NCBI RefSeq assembly: GCF_009914755.1
Contig: NC_060948.1
Source: the human T2T-CHM13v2.0 reference genome, Homo sapiens
DNA length: 64,000 nucleotides
Reading direction: 5' to 3' (one strand)
The position numbers were made by a program, and so were the translations under genes. The notes beneath the pieces are model-generated. The model was not told the origin of the DNA and searched no databases. It worked only from the letters and a program-made list of their open reading frames with translations. Positions 26,001 through 41,200 of the stretch are shown here, piece after piece (position 1 is the stretch's first letter; each line of letters begins with the position of its first letter).

Positions 26001-29000
26001 GGAATGGAATCGAATGAAATGGAGTCAAAAGGAATGGAATCGAATGGCAAGAAATCGAATGTAATGGAATCGCAAGGAATTGATGTGAACGGAACGGAAT
26101 GGAATGGAATCCAAAGGAATGGAATAGAATGGAATGGAATCGAATGGAAAGGACTCGAATGGAAATCACTCGAATAGAATGCAATTTAATAAAATAGGAT
26201 CAAAAGAATGGAATGGAATGGAAAGGAATCGAAACGAAAGGAATGGAGACAGATGGAATGGAATGGAACAGAGAGCAATGGTATAGAATGGAATGGAATC
26301 ATCTGGAATGGAATTGAATGGAATGGAATAACATGAAATGGAATGGAATGGAATGGAATGCCCTTGAATTAAATGGACTGGAATGGAATGGACTCGAACA
26401 GAGTGTAATGGAAAGTGTTGAAATAGAATGGAATGGACTCCTTTGGAATGGTCTAGTATGCAATGCAATCGACTGGCAGGGAATCAAAAGGAATGTAATC
26501 GAATGGATTGGACTGGAATGCAATGGACTCGAATAGATTGGAAACGGAATGCAAAGGAATGGAATGGAATAGTATGGAATGGAATGGAAAGGAATGGAGT
26601 GGAATAGACTAGAGTGGAATGGAATGGACTGGAAAGCAATGGACTGGAATGGAACTTTCTTGAATGGACTGGAATCAAACGGAATGGAATGCAATGCAAT
26701 CAAATGGCATGGAATCAAATGGAATGAAAGGGAATCAAATGGAATTGAATCGAATGGAATCGAATGGATTGGAAAGGAATAGAATGGAATGGAATGGAAT
26801 TGACTCAAATGGAATGTACTAGAATGGAATGGATTCGAATGGAAGGCAAAGGAATGGAATCTATTGGAATGGACTGTAATGGAATGGAATGGAAGGGATT
26901 GGAATGGACTCGAATGGAATGGACTGCAATAGAAAGGATTCGAATGGAATGAAAAAGAATTGAATGGAATAGAACAGAATGGAATCAAATCGAATGAAAT
27001 GGAGTGGAATAGAAAGGAATGGAATGAAATGGAATGGAAAGGATTCGAATGGAATGCAATCGAATGGAATGGAATCGAACGGAATGGAATAAAGTGGAAG
27101 AAAACTGGCAAGAAATGGAATCGAAATGAATGGAGTGTTATGGAACGGACTCAAAAGGAATTGAATGTAATAGAATGGAGTGGAGTGGACTCGAATATAA
27201 TGGACTGGAATGGAATGAAATCACATGGAATGGGAACGAATGGAATGGAATGGAAAGGAATGGAATCGAATGGAAAGGAATCGAATGGAAGGGAATGAAA
27301 TTGAATCAACAGGAATGGAAGGGAATAGAATAGACGGTAATGGAATGGACTCGAATAGAATGGACACGAATGCTCAAATTGAATGGACTCGAATGGAATG
27401 GAAACGAAAGGAATGTCATCGAATGGAATTGAATCGATTGGAATGAAATCGCATAGAATGGAGTGGAATCAAATGGAATTGAATCGAAAGGAAAGGAAGC
27501 GAATGGACTGAAATGAAATGGAATGGAATTGAATGGAAAGTAATGCAATGGAATAGAATGGAACGAAATTTCACGGAATGGAATCAAACTGAATGGAATC
27601 AAATCAATGGAATCTAATCAAGTGGAAAGGAAAGGAATTGAATGGAGTAGATTGGATTGGATGGGATTGGAATGAAATGTACTGGAAAGGACTCGAGTTT
27701 CATGAAACGGAATGGAATGAATTGGAACGGAATGGACTCGAATGGAATGGAATGTCATGGAATGGCATCAAATGGAATGGCATCAAATGGAATGGAATCG
27801 AATGCAATGGAATGCTATGGAATGGAATTGAATGCATTGGAATGGAATGTCCTCTAATGGAATAGATTCGAGTGGAATGGAATCGAATATAATGGAGTCG
27901 AATGAAATGGAATTGAAAGGAATGGGATCGAATACAATGGAATATACTGGAATGTAATGTAATGAACTCGAATGTAATTGACTGGAATGGAATGTACATG
28001 AATGGAATGTAATCGAATGGAAAGTAATCCAATGGAATAGAATCTAATGCAATAAAATCGACTCAGATAGAGTAGAATGTAATGGAATTGAGTGCAGTGC
28101 AATGGAATGGAATGGAATGGAATGCAATGGAATGGAATGGAATGGAAAGGAATGGAATGGAATGGGATGGAATGGTATGGAATGGATAGTAATGGACTGG
28201 AGTGAAATGGACTGGAAATGAATGGACTCAAATTGAAAGGGCTCGAAAGGAATGGAGTCAAAAGGAATGGTCTGGAATGGAATGAACACGAATGTAATGC
28301 AATCCAATAGAATGGAATCGAATGGCATGGAATATAAAGAAATGGAATCGAAGAGAATGGAAACAAATGGAATGGAATTGAATGGAATGGAATTGAATGG
28401 AATGGGAACGAATGGAGTGAAATTGTATGCAGTAGAAGAGAATAGAATGGAATGCAAGCGAAAGGAAAGGAATGGATTGGAATGGAATGGAATTCATTGG
28501 AATGGAAGGGAATGTAGTGTAATGGACAGGCCTGGAATAAAGTGGAATGCTACGGTCTCCAATGGAATAAAAATGTATGGAATGGAATGCAATGAAACGG
28601 AATCGAATGTCATAGAATATAATGGAATGCAAAAAAATGGAATCCAAAATCATTGACTGGAAAGGCTGGGTGTCGAAAGGAATTGACTCCAATGGAATGG
28701 AATCGAATGGAATGGAAGTGAATAGAATGGAACTAAATCGAATGGAATGGAATTGATAGGAACGGAATGGAAAGGAATGCAATGATTTGGCATGGAATGG
28801 AATCGAATGGCATCGAATGGAATGGAATGGAATGCAATGGAATGGAATGTATTAGAATGTAATGAACTTTAATGGAATGTACTCGAATGGATTCGACTGG
28901 AATGGAATGTTCTGGAAGTGAATGGACTCCAATGGAATGGATTCAAAAGGAATGGAGTCGTACGGAATGGAATCTAATGGAATGGAATTAAATGGAAATG

Positions 29001-32000
29001 AATCAAATTGAATAGAACGGAATTGAATTGAATGGAATCGAATGCAATGGAATCTAATGAAACGGAAAGGAAAGGAATGGAATGGAATGGAATGGGCTGG
29101 AATGGAAAGGAATCGAAACGAATGGAATGGAATCGAACTGAAGAGACTGGAATGGAATGCACTGGAATGGAAGGGAGTGTAATGGAAGGTTCTCGAAAAA
29201 AATGGAATCGAATGGAATGGAATTGAGTGGAACGGAATAGAGTCGAATGGAATTGAATGGAATGGAATGGACTAGAGTGAAATGGAATCGAACCACAAGG
29301 AATGGACAGGAATAGAATGGTCTCGAATTGAATGGAATCGTATGGAATGGCATCAAACGGAATGGAATGGACAGCCACGGAATGGAATGCACTCGAATGC
29401 AATGGAGTCGAAACTAATGGACTGGAATAGAATGGACTCGACTGGTACGGACTCCAATGGAATGGAATCGAATGGAAGGGAATCGAACGGAATGGACTCG
29501 AAGGGAAAAGACTGCAATGGAAAGGTCTCGAATGGAATGGAAATTAATGGAATGGAACGGAATCGAATGAAATGGAGTCAAAAGGAATGGAATCGAATGG
29601 CAAGAAATCGAATGCAATGGAATCGCAAGGAATTGATGTGAACGGAACGGAATGGAATGGAATCCAAAGGAATGGAATAGAATGGAATGGAATCGAATGG
29701 AAAGGACTCGAATGGAAATCACTCGAACAGAATGCAATTTAATAAAATAGGATCAAATGTAATGGAATGGAATGGAAAGGAATCGAAACGAAAGGAATGG
29801 AGACAGATGGAATGGAATGGAACAGAGAGCAAAGGTATAGAATGGAATGGAATCATCTGGAATGGAATTGAATGGAATGGAATAATATGAAATGGAATGG
29901 AATGGAATGGAATGCCCTTGAATTAAATGGACTGGAATGGAATGGACTCAAACAGAGTGGAATGGAAAGTGTGGATATAGAATGGAATGAACTCCTTTGG
30001 AATGGTCTAGTAGACAATGCAATCGACTGGCAGGGAATCAAAAGGAATGTAATCGAATGGATTGGACTGGAATGCAATGGACTCGAATAGATTGGAAACG
30101 GAATGCAAAGGAATGGAATGGAATAGTATGGAATGGTATGGAAAGGAATGTAGTGGAATAGAATAGAGTGGAATGGAATGGACTGGAAAGCAATGGACTG
30201 GAATGGAACATTCTTGAATGGACTGGAATCAAACGGAATGGAATGCAATGCAATCAAATGGCATGGAATAAAATAGAATGAAAGAGAATCAAATGGAATT
30301 GAATCGAATGGAATCGAATGGATTGGAAAGGAATAGAATGGAATGGAATGGAATTGACTCAAATGGAATGGACTAGAATGGAATGGATTCGAATGGAAGG
30401 CAAAGGAATGGAATCTATTGGAATGGACTGTAATGGAATGGAATGGAAGGGATTGGAATGGACTCGAATGGAATGGACTGCAATAGAAAGGATTCGAATG
30501 GAATGAAAAAGAATTGAATGGAATAGAACAGAATGGAATCAAATCGAATGAAATGGAATGGAATAGAAAGGAATGGAATGAAATGGAATGGAAAGGATTC
30601 GAATGGAATGCAATCGAATGGAATGGAATCGAACGGAATGGAATAAAATGGAAGAAAACTGGCAAGAAATGGAATCGAAATGAATGGAGTGTTATGGAAC
30701 GGACTCAAAAGGAATTGAATGTAATAGAATGGAGTGGAGTGGACTCGAATATAATGGACTGGAATGGAATGAAATCACATGGAATGGGAACGAATGGAAT
30801 GGAATGGAAAGGAATGGAATCGAATGCAAAGGAATCGAATGGAAGGGAATGCAATTGAATCAACAGGAATGGAAGGGAATAGAATAGACGGTAATGGAAT
30901 GGACTCGAATAGAATGGACACGAATGCTCAAATTGAATGGACTCGAATGGAATGGAAACGAAAGGAATGTCATCGAATGGAATTGAATCGATTGGAATGA
31001 AATCGCATAGAATGGAGTGGAATCAAATGGAATTGAATCGAAAGGAAAGGAAGCCAATGGACTGAAATGAAATGGAATGGAATGGAATGGAAAGTAATGC
31101 AATGGAATAGAATGGAACGAAATTTCACGGAATGGAATGAAACTGAATGGAATCAAATCAATGGAATCTAATCAAGTGGAATGGAAAGGAATTGAATGGA
31201 GTAGATTGGATTGGATGGGATTGGAATGAAATGTACTGGAAAAGACTCGAATTTCATGAAACGGAATGGAATGAATTGGAACGGAATGGACTCGAATGGA
31301 ATGGAATGTCATGGAATGGCATCAAATGGAATGGCATCAAATGGAATGGAATCGAATGCAATGGAATGCTATGGAATGGAATGGAATGCATTGGAATGGA
31401 ATGTCCTCTAATGGAATGGATTCGAGTGGAATGGAATCGAATATAATGGAGTCGATTGAAATGGAATTGAAAGGAATGGGATCGAATACAATGGAATATA
31501 CTGGAATGTAATGTAATGAACTTGAATGTAATTGACTGGAATGTAATGTACATGAATGGAATGTAATCGAATGGAAAGTAATCCAATGGAATAGAATCTA
31601 ATGCAATAAAATCGACTCAGATAGAGTAGAATGTAATGGAATGGAGTGCAGTGCAATGGAATGGAATGGAATGGAATGCAATGGAATGGAATGGAATGGA
31701 ATGGAATGGAATGGTGTGGAATGGATAGTAATGGACTGGAGTGAAATGGACTGGAAATGAATGGACTCAAATTGAAAGGGCTCGAAAGGAATGGAGTCAA
31801 ATGGAATGGTCTGGAATGGAATGAACACGAATGTAATGCAATCCAATAGAATGGAATCGAATGGCATGGAATATAAAGAAATGGAATCGAAGAGAATGGA
31901 AACAAATGGAATGGAATTGAATGGAATGGAATTGAATGGAATGGGAACGAATGGAGTGAAATTGTATGCAGTAGAAGAGAATAGAATGGAATGCAAGCGA

Positions 32001-35000
32001 AAGGAAAGGAATGGATTGGAATGGAATGGAATTCATTGGAATGGAAGGGAATGTAGTGTAATGGACAGGCCTGTAATAAAGTGGAATGCTACGGTCTCGA
32101 ATGGAATAAAAATGTATGGAATGGAATGCAATGAAACGGAATCGAATGTCATAGAATGTAATGGAATGCAAAAAAATGGAATCCAAAATCATTGACTGGA
32201 AAGGCTGGATGTCGAAAGGAATTGACTCCAATGGAATGGAATCGAATGGAATGGAAGTGAATAGAATCGAACTAAATCGAATGGAATGGAATTGATAGGA
32301 ACGGAATGGAAAGGAATGCAATGATTTGGCATGGAATGGAAACGAATGGTATCTAATGGAATGGAATGTAATGTAATGGAATGGAATGTATTAGAATGTA
32401 ATGAACTTTAATGGAATGTACTCGAATGGATTCGACTGGAATGGAATGTTCTGGAAGTGAATGGACTCCAATGGAATGGATTCAAACGGAATGGAATCGT
32501 ACGGAATGGAATCTAATGGAATGGAATTAAATGGAAATGAATCAAATTGAATAGCACGGAATTGAATTGAATGGAATGGAATGCAATGGAATCTAATGAA
32601 ACGGAAAGGAAAGGAATGGAATGGAATGGAATGGGCTGGAATGGAAAGGAATCGAAACGAATGGAATGGAATCGAACTGAAGAGACTGGAATGGAATGCA
32701 CTGGAATGGAAGGGAGTGTAATGGAAGGTTCTCGAAAAAAATGGAATCGAATGGAATGGAATTGAATGGAACGGAATAGAGTCGAATGGAATTGAATGGA
32801 ATGGAATGGACTAGAGTGAAATGGAATCGAACCACAAGGAATGGACAGGAATAGAATGGTCTCGAATTGAATGGAATCGTATGGAATGGCATCAAACGGA
32901 ATGGAATGGACAGCCACGGAATGGAATGCACTCGAATGCAATGGAGTCGAAACTAATGGACTGGAATAGAATGGACTCGACTGGTACGGACTCCAATGGA
33001 ATGGAATCGAATGGAAGGGAATCGAACGGAATGGACTCGAAGGGAAAAAACTGCAATGGAAAGGTCTCGAATGGAATGGAAATTAATGGAATGGAATGGA
33101 ATCGAATGAAATGGAGTCAAAAGGAATGGAATCGAATGGCAAGAAATCGAATGTAATGGAATCGCAAGGAATTGATGTGAACGGAACGGAATGGAATGGA
33201 ATCCAAAGGAATGGAATAGAATGGAATGGAATCGAATGGAAAGGACTCGAATGGAAATCACTCGAATAGAATGCAATTTAATAAAATAGGGTCAAATGTA
33301 ATGGAATGGAATGGAAAGGAATCGAAACGAAAGGAATGGAGACAGATGGAATGGAATGGAACAGAGAGCAATGGTATAGAATGGAATGGAATCATCTGGA
33401 ATGGAATTGAATGGAATGGAATAATATGAAATGGAATGGAATGGAATGGAATGGAATGCCCTTGAATTAAATGGACTGGAATGGAATGGACTCGAACAGA
33501 GTGGAATGGAAAGTGTTGAGATAGAATGGAATGGACTCCTTTGGAATGGTGTAGTATGCAATGCAATCGACTGGCAGGGAATCAAAAGGAATGTAATGGA
33601 ATGGATTGGACTGGAATGCAATGGACTCGAATAGATTGGAAACGGAATGCAAAGGAATGGAATGGAATAGTATGGAATGGAATGGAAAGGAATGGAGTGG
33701 AATAGACTAGAGTGGAATGGAATGGACTGGAAAGCAATGGACTGGAATGGAACTTTCTTGAATGGACTGGAATCAAACGGAATGGAATGCAATGCAATCA
33801 AATGGCATAGAATAAGATAGAATGAAAGAGAATCAAATGGAATTGAATGGAATGGAATCGAATGGATTGGAAAGGAATAGAATGGAATGGAATGGAATTG
33901 ACTCAAATGGAATGGACTAGAATGGAATGGATTCGAATGGAAGGCAAAGGAATGGAATCTATTGGAATGGACTGTAATGGAATGCAATGGAAGGGATTGG
34001 AATGGACTCGAATGGAATGGACTGCAATAGAAAGGATACGAATGGAATGAAAAAGAATTGAATGGAATAGAACAGAATGGAAACAAATCGAATGAAATGG
34101 AATGGAATAGAAAGGAATGGAATGAAATGGAATGGAAAGGATTCGAATGGAATGCAAACGAATGGAATGGAATCGAACGGAATGGAATAAAATGGAAGAA
34201 AACTGGCAAGAAATGGAATCGAAATGAATGGAGTGTTATGGAAGGGACTCAAAAGGAATTGAATGTAATAGAATGGAGTGGAGTGGACTCGAATATAATG
34301 GACTTGAATGGAATGAAATCACATGGAATGGGAACGAATGGAATGGAATGGAAAGGAATGGAATCGAATGGAAAGGAATCGAATGGAAGGGAATGAAATT
34401 GAACCAACAGGAATGGAAGGGAATAGAATAGACGGTAATGGAATGGACTCGAATAGAATGGACACGAATGCTCAAATTGAATGGACTCGAATGGAATGGA
34501 AACGAAAGGAATGTCATCGAATGGAATTGAATCGATTGGAATGAAATCGCATAGAATGGAGTGGAATCAAATGGAATTGAATCGAAAGGAAAGGAAGCGA
34601 ATGGACTGAAATGAAATGGAATGGAATTGAATGGAAAGTAATGCAATGGAATAGAATGGAACGAAATTTCACGGAATGGAATCAAACTGAATGGAATCAA
34701 ATCAATGGAATCTAATCAAATGGAATGGAAAGGAATTGAATGGAGTAGATTGGATTGGATGGGATTGGAATGAAATGTACTGGAAAGGACTCGAATTTCA
34801 TGAAACGGAATGGAATGAATTGGAACGGAATGGACTCGAATGGAATGGAATGTCATGGAATGGCATCAAATGGAATGGCATCAAATGGAATGGAATCGAA
34901 TGCAATGGAATGCTATCGAATGGAATGGAATGCATTGGAATGGAATGTCCTCTAATGGAATGGATTCGAGTGGAATGGAATCGAATATAATGGAGTCGAA

Positions 35001-38000
35001 TGAAATGGAATTGAAAAGAATGGGATCGAATACAATGGAATATACTGGAATGTAATGTAATGAACTCGAATGTAATTGACTGGAATGGAATGTATATGAA
35101 TGGAATGTAATCGAATGGAATGTAATCCAATGGAATAGAATCTAATGCAATAAAATCGACTCAGATAGAGTAGAATGTAATGGAATGGAGTGCAGTGCAA
35201 TGGAATGGAATGGAATGGAATGCAATGGAATGGAATGGAATGGGATGGAATGGTATGGAATGGATAGTAATGGACTGGAGTGAAATGGACTGGAAAGGAA
35301 TGGACTCAAATTGAAAGGGCTCGAAAGGAATGGAGACAAATGGTATGGTCTGGAATGGAATGAACACGAATGTAATGCAATCCAATAGAATAGAGTCGAA
35401 TGGCATGGAATATAAAGAAATGGAATCGAAGAGAATAGAAACAAATGGAATGGAATTGAATGGAATGGAATTGAGTGGAATGGGAACGAATGGAGTGAAA
35501 TTGTATGCAGTAGAAGAGAATAGAATGGAATGCAAGCGAAAGGAAAGGAATGGATTGGAATGGAATGGAATTCATTGGAATGGAAGGGAATGTAGTGTAA
35601 TGGACAGGCCTGGAATAAAGTGGAATGCTACGGTCTCGAGTGGAATAAAAATGTATGGATTGGAATGCAATGAAACGGAATCGAATGTCATAGAATGTAA
35701 TGGAATGCAAAAAAATGGAATCCGAAATCATTGACTGGAAAGGCTGGGTGTCGAAAGGAATTGACTCCAATGGAATGGAATCGAATGGAATGGAAGTGAA
35801 TAGAATCGAACTAAATCGAATGGAATGGAATTGATAGGAACGGAATGGAAAGGAATGCAATGATTTGGCATGGAATGGAATCGAATGGCATCGAATGGAA
35901 TGGAATGGAATGCAATGGAATGGAATGTATTAGAATGTAATGAACTTTAATGGAATGTACTCGAAAGGATTTGACTGGAATGGAATGTTCTGGAAGTGAA
36001 TGGACTCCAATGGAATGGATTCGAAAGGAATGGAATCGTACGGAATGGAATCTAATGGAATGGAATTAAATGGAAATGAATCAAATTGAATAGCACGGAA
36101 TTGAATTGAATGGAATGGAATGCAATGGAATCTAATGAAACGGAAAGGAAAGGAATGCAATGGAATGGAATGGGCTGGAATGGAAAGGAATCGAAACGAA
36201 TGGAATGGAATCGAACTGAAGAGACTGGAATGGAATGCACTGGAATGGAAGGGAGTGTAATGGAAGGTTCTCGAAAAAAATGGAATCGAATGGAATGGAA
36301 TTGAGTGGAACGGAATAGAGTCGAATGGAATTGAATGGAATGGAATGGACTAGAGTGAAATGGAATCGAACCACAAGGAATGGACAGGAATAGAATGGTC
36401 TCGAATTGAATGGAATCGTATGGAATGGCATCAAACGGAATGGAATGGACAGCCACGGAATGGAATGCACTCGAATGCAATGGAGTCGAAACTAATGGAC
36501 TGGAATAGAATGGACTCGACTGGTACGGACTCCAATGGAATGGAATCGAATGGAAGGGAATCGAACGGAATGGACTCAAAGGGAAAAGACTGCAATGGAA
36601 CGGTCTCGAATGGAATGGAAATTAATGGAATGGAATGGAATCGAATGAAATGGAGTCAAAAGGAATGGAATCGAATGGCAAGAAATCGAATGTAATGGAA
36701 TCGCAAGGAATTGATATGAACGGAACGGAATGGAATGGAATCCAAAGGAATGGAATAGAATGGAATGGAATCGAATGGAAAGGACTCGAATGGAAATCAC
36801 TCGAATAGAATGCAATTTAATAAAATAGGATCAAATGTAATGGAATGGAATGGAAAGGAATCGAAACGAAAGGAATGGAGACAGATGGAATGGAATGGAA
36901 CAGATAGCAATGGTATACAATGGAATGGAATCATCTGGAATGGAATTGAATGGAATGCAATAATATGAAATGGAATGGAATGGAATGGAATGGAATGCCC
37001 TTGAATTAAATGGACTGGACTCGAACAGAGTGGAATGGAAAGTGTTGAGATAGAATGGAATGGACTCCTTTGGAATGGTCTAGTATGCAATGCAATCGAC
37101 TGGCAGGGAATCAAAAGGAATGTAATGGAATGGATTGGACTGGAATGCAATGGACTCGAATAGATTGGAAACGGAATGCAAAGGAATGGAATGGAATAGT
37201 ATGGAATGGAATGGAAAGGAATGGAGTGGAATAGACTAGAGTGGAATGGAATGGACTGGAAAGCAATGGACTGGAATGAAACTTTCTTGAATGGACTGGA
37301 ATCAAACGGAATGGAATGCAATGCAATCAAATGGCATGGAATAAGATAGAATGAAAGAGAATCAAATGGAATTGAATCGAATGGAATCGAACGGATTGGA
37401 AAGGAAGAGAATGGAATGGAATGGAATTGACTCAAATGGAATGGACTAGAATGGAATGGATTCGAATGGAAGGCAAAGGAATGGAATCTATTGGAATGGA
37501 CTGTAATGGAATGGAATGGAAGGGATTGGAATGGACTCGAATGGAATGGACTGCAATAGAAAGGATTCGAATGGAATGAAAAAGAATTGAATGGAATAGA
37601 ACAGAATGGAATCAAATCGAATGAAATGGAATGGAATAGAAAGGAATGGAATGAAATGGAATGGAAAGGATTCGAATGGAATGTAATCGAATGGAATGGA
37701 ATCGAACGGAATGGAATAAAATGGAAGAAAACTGGCAAGAAATGGAATCGAAATGAATGGAGTGTTATGGAACGGACTCAAAAGGAATTGAATGTAATAG
37801 AATGGAGTGGAGTGGACTCGAATATAATGGACTGGAATGGAATGAAATCACATGGAATGGGAACGAATGGAATGGAATGGAAAGGAATGGAATCGAATGG
37901 AAAGGAATCGAACGGAAGGGAATGAAATTGAATCAACAGGAATGGAAGGGAATAGAATAGACTGTAATGGAATGGACACGAATAGAATGGACACGAATGC

Positions 38001-38200
38001 TCAAATTGAATGGACTCGAATGGAATGGAAAGGAAAGGAAAGTCATCGAATGGAATTGAATCGATTGGAATGAAATCGCATAGAATGGAGTGGAATCAAA
38101 TGGAATTGAATCGAAAGGAAAGGAAGCGAATGGACTGAAATGAAATGGAATGGAATTGAATGGAAAGTAATGCAATGGAATAGAATGGAACGAAATTTCA
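22950..38200 (+). repeat. Subfamily B domain 1 (late U7 to most of U11)
   Basis: Alternative linked states: GGAATGCAAAGG, CTCCTTTGG, GGGAATAG, ATCGCATAG, AAAGTAATGC, GGATTCGAG, GGGATCGA, a duplicated GGCATCAAATGGAAT 15-mer, and a TCGTACGG 15-bp insertion in U9-U11. Confidence 0.78.
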
Positions 38201-41200
38201 CGGAATGGAATCAAACTGAATGGAATCAAATCAATGGAATATAATCAAATGGAATGGAAAGGAATTGAATGGAGTAGATTGGATTGGATGGGATTGGAAT
38301 GAAATGTACTGGAAAGGAATCGAATTTCATGAAACGGAATGGAATGAATTAGAACGGAATGGACTCGAATGGAATGGAATGTCATGGAATGGCATCAAAT
38401 GGAATGGAATCGAATGCGATGGAATGCTATGGAATGGAATGGAATGCATTGGAATGGAATGTCCTCTAATGGAATGTATTCGAGTGGAATGGAATCGAAT
38501 ATAATGGAGTCTAATGAAATGGAATTGAAAGGAATGGGACCGAATACAATGGAATATACTGGAATGTAATGTAATGAACTCGAATGTAATTGACTGGAAT
38601 GGAATGTACATGAATGGAATGTAATCGAATGGAAAGCAATCCAATGGAATAGAATCTAATGCAATAAAATCGACTCAAATAGAGTAGAATGTAATGGAAT
38701 GGAGTGCAGTGCAATGGAATGGAATGGAATGGAATGCAATGGAATGGAATGGAATGGAATGGAATGGGATGGAATGGTATGGAATGGATAGTAATGGACT
38801 GGAGTGAAATGGACTGGAAAAGAATGGACTCAAATTGAAAGGTCTCGAAAGGAATGGAGTCAAATGGAATGGTCTGGAATGGAATGAACACGAATGTAAT
38901 GCAATCCAATGGAATGGAATCGAATGGCATGGAATATAAAGAAATGGAATCGAAGAGAATGGAAACAAATGGAATGGAATTGAATGGAATGGAATTGAAT
39001 GGAATGGGAACGAATGGAGTGAAATTGTATGCAGTAGAAGAGAATAGAATGGAATGCAAGCGAAAGGAAAGGAATGGATTGGAATGGAATGGAATTCATT
39101 GGAATGGAAGGGAATGTAGTGTAATGGACAGGCCTGGAATAAAGTGGAATGCTACGGTCTCGAATGGAATAAAAATGTATGGAATGGAATGCAATGAAAC
39201 GGAATCGAATGTCATAGAATGTAATGGAATGCAAAAAAATGGACTCCAAAATCATTGACTGGAAAGGCTGGGGGTCGAAAGGAATTGACTCCAATGGAAT
39301 GGAATCGAATGGAATGGAAGTGAATAGAATCGAACTAAATCGAATGGAATGGAATTGATAGGAACGGAATGGAAAGGAATGCAATGATTTGGCATGGAAT
39401 GGAATCGAATGGCATCGAATGGAATGGAATGGATTGCAATGGAATGGAATGTATTAGAATGTAATGAACTTTAATGGAATGTACTCGAATGGATTCGACT
39501 GGAATGGAATGTTCTGGAAGTGAATGGACTCCAATGGAATGGATTCGAAAGGAATGGAATCTAATGGAATGGAATTAAATGGAAATGAATCAAATTGAAT
39601 AGAACGGAATTGAATTGAATGGAATCGAATGCAATGGAATCTAATGAAACGGAAAGGAAAGGAATGGAATGGATTGGAATGGAATGGGCTGGAATGGAAT
39701 GGAATCGAAACGAATGGAATGGAATCGAACTGAAGAGACTGGAATGGAATGCACTGGAATGGAAGGGAATGTAATGGAAGGTTCTCGAAAAAAATGGAAT
39801 CGAAAGGAATGGAATTGAATGGAACGGAATAGAGTCGAATGGAATTCAATGGAATGGAATGGACTAGAGTGAAATGGAATCGAACCACAAGGAATGGACA
39901 GGAATAGAATGGTCTCGAATTGAATGGAATCGTATGGAATGGCATCAAACGGAATGGAATGGACAGCCACGGAATGGAATGGACACCCACGGAATGGAAT
40001 GCACTCGAATGCAATGGAGTCGACACTAATGGACTGGAATAGAATGGACTCGACTGGTACGGAGTCCAATGGAATGGAATCGAATGGAAGGGAATCGAAC
40101 GGAATGGACTCGAAGTGAAAAGACTGCAATGGAAAGGTCTCCAATGGAATGGAAATTAATGGAATGGAATGGAATCGAATGAAATGGAGTCAAAAGGAAT
40201 GGAATCGAATGGCAAGAAATCGAATGTAATGGAATCGCAAGGAATGGATGTGAACGGAACGGAATGGAATGGAATCCAAAGGAATGGAATAGAATGGAAT
40301 GGAATCGAATGGAAAGGACTTGAATGGAAATCACTCGAATAGAATGCAATTTAATAAAATAGGATCAAATGTAATGGAATGGAATGGAAAGGAATCGAAA
40401 TGAAAGGAATGGAGACAGATGGAATGGAATGGAACAGAGAGCAATGGTATAGAATGGAATGGAATCATCTGGAATGGAATTGAATGGAATGGAATAATAT
40501 GAAATGGAATGGAATGGAATGGAATGCCCTTGAATTAAATGGACTGGAATGGAATGGACTCGAACAGAGTGGAATGGAAAGTGTTGAAATAGAATGGAAT
40601 GGACTCGTTTGGAATGGTCTAGTATGCAATGCAATCGACTGGCAGGGAATCAAAAGGAATGTAATCGAATGGATTGGACTGGAATGCAATGGACTCGAAT
40701 AGATTGGAAACGGAAAGCAAAGGAATGGAATGGAATAGTATGGAATGGAATGGAAAGGAATGGAGTGGAATAGACTAGAGTGGAATGGAATGGACTCGAA
40801 AGCAATGGACTGGAATGGAACTTTCTTGAATGGACTGGAATCAAACGGAATGGAATGCAATGCAATCAAATGGCATGGAATAAAATAGAATGAAAGAGAA
40901 TGAAATGGAATTGAATCGAATGGAATCGAATGGATTGGAAAGGAATAGAATGGAATGGAATGGAATTGACTCAAATGGAATGGACTAGAATGGAATGGAT
41001 TCGAATGGAAGGCAAAGGAATGGAATCTATTGGAATGGACTGTAATGGAATGGAATGGAAGGGATTGGAATGGACTCGAATGGAATGGACTGCCATAGAA
41101 AGGATTCGAATGGAATGAAAAAGAATTGAATGGAATAGAACAGAATGGAATCAAATCGAATGAAATGGAATGGAATAGAAAGGAATGGAATGAAATGGAA

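Noticed and set aside
36797-37738. Longest ORFs (305-313 aa; also 33292-34209, 51010-51927, 54515-55456, 58069-59010)
   Set aside because: They are extended only by 5- or 10-bp indels or point changes that fuse neighbouring repeat frames. There is no sign of coding constraint.
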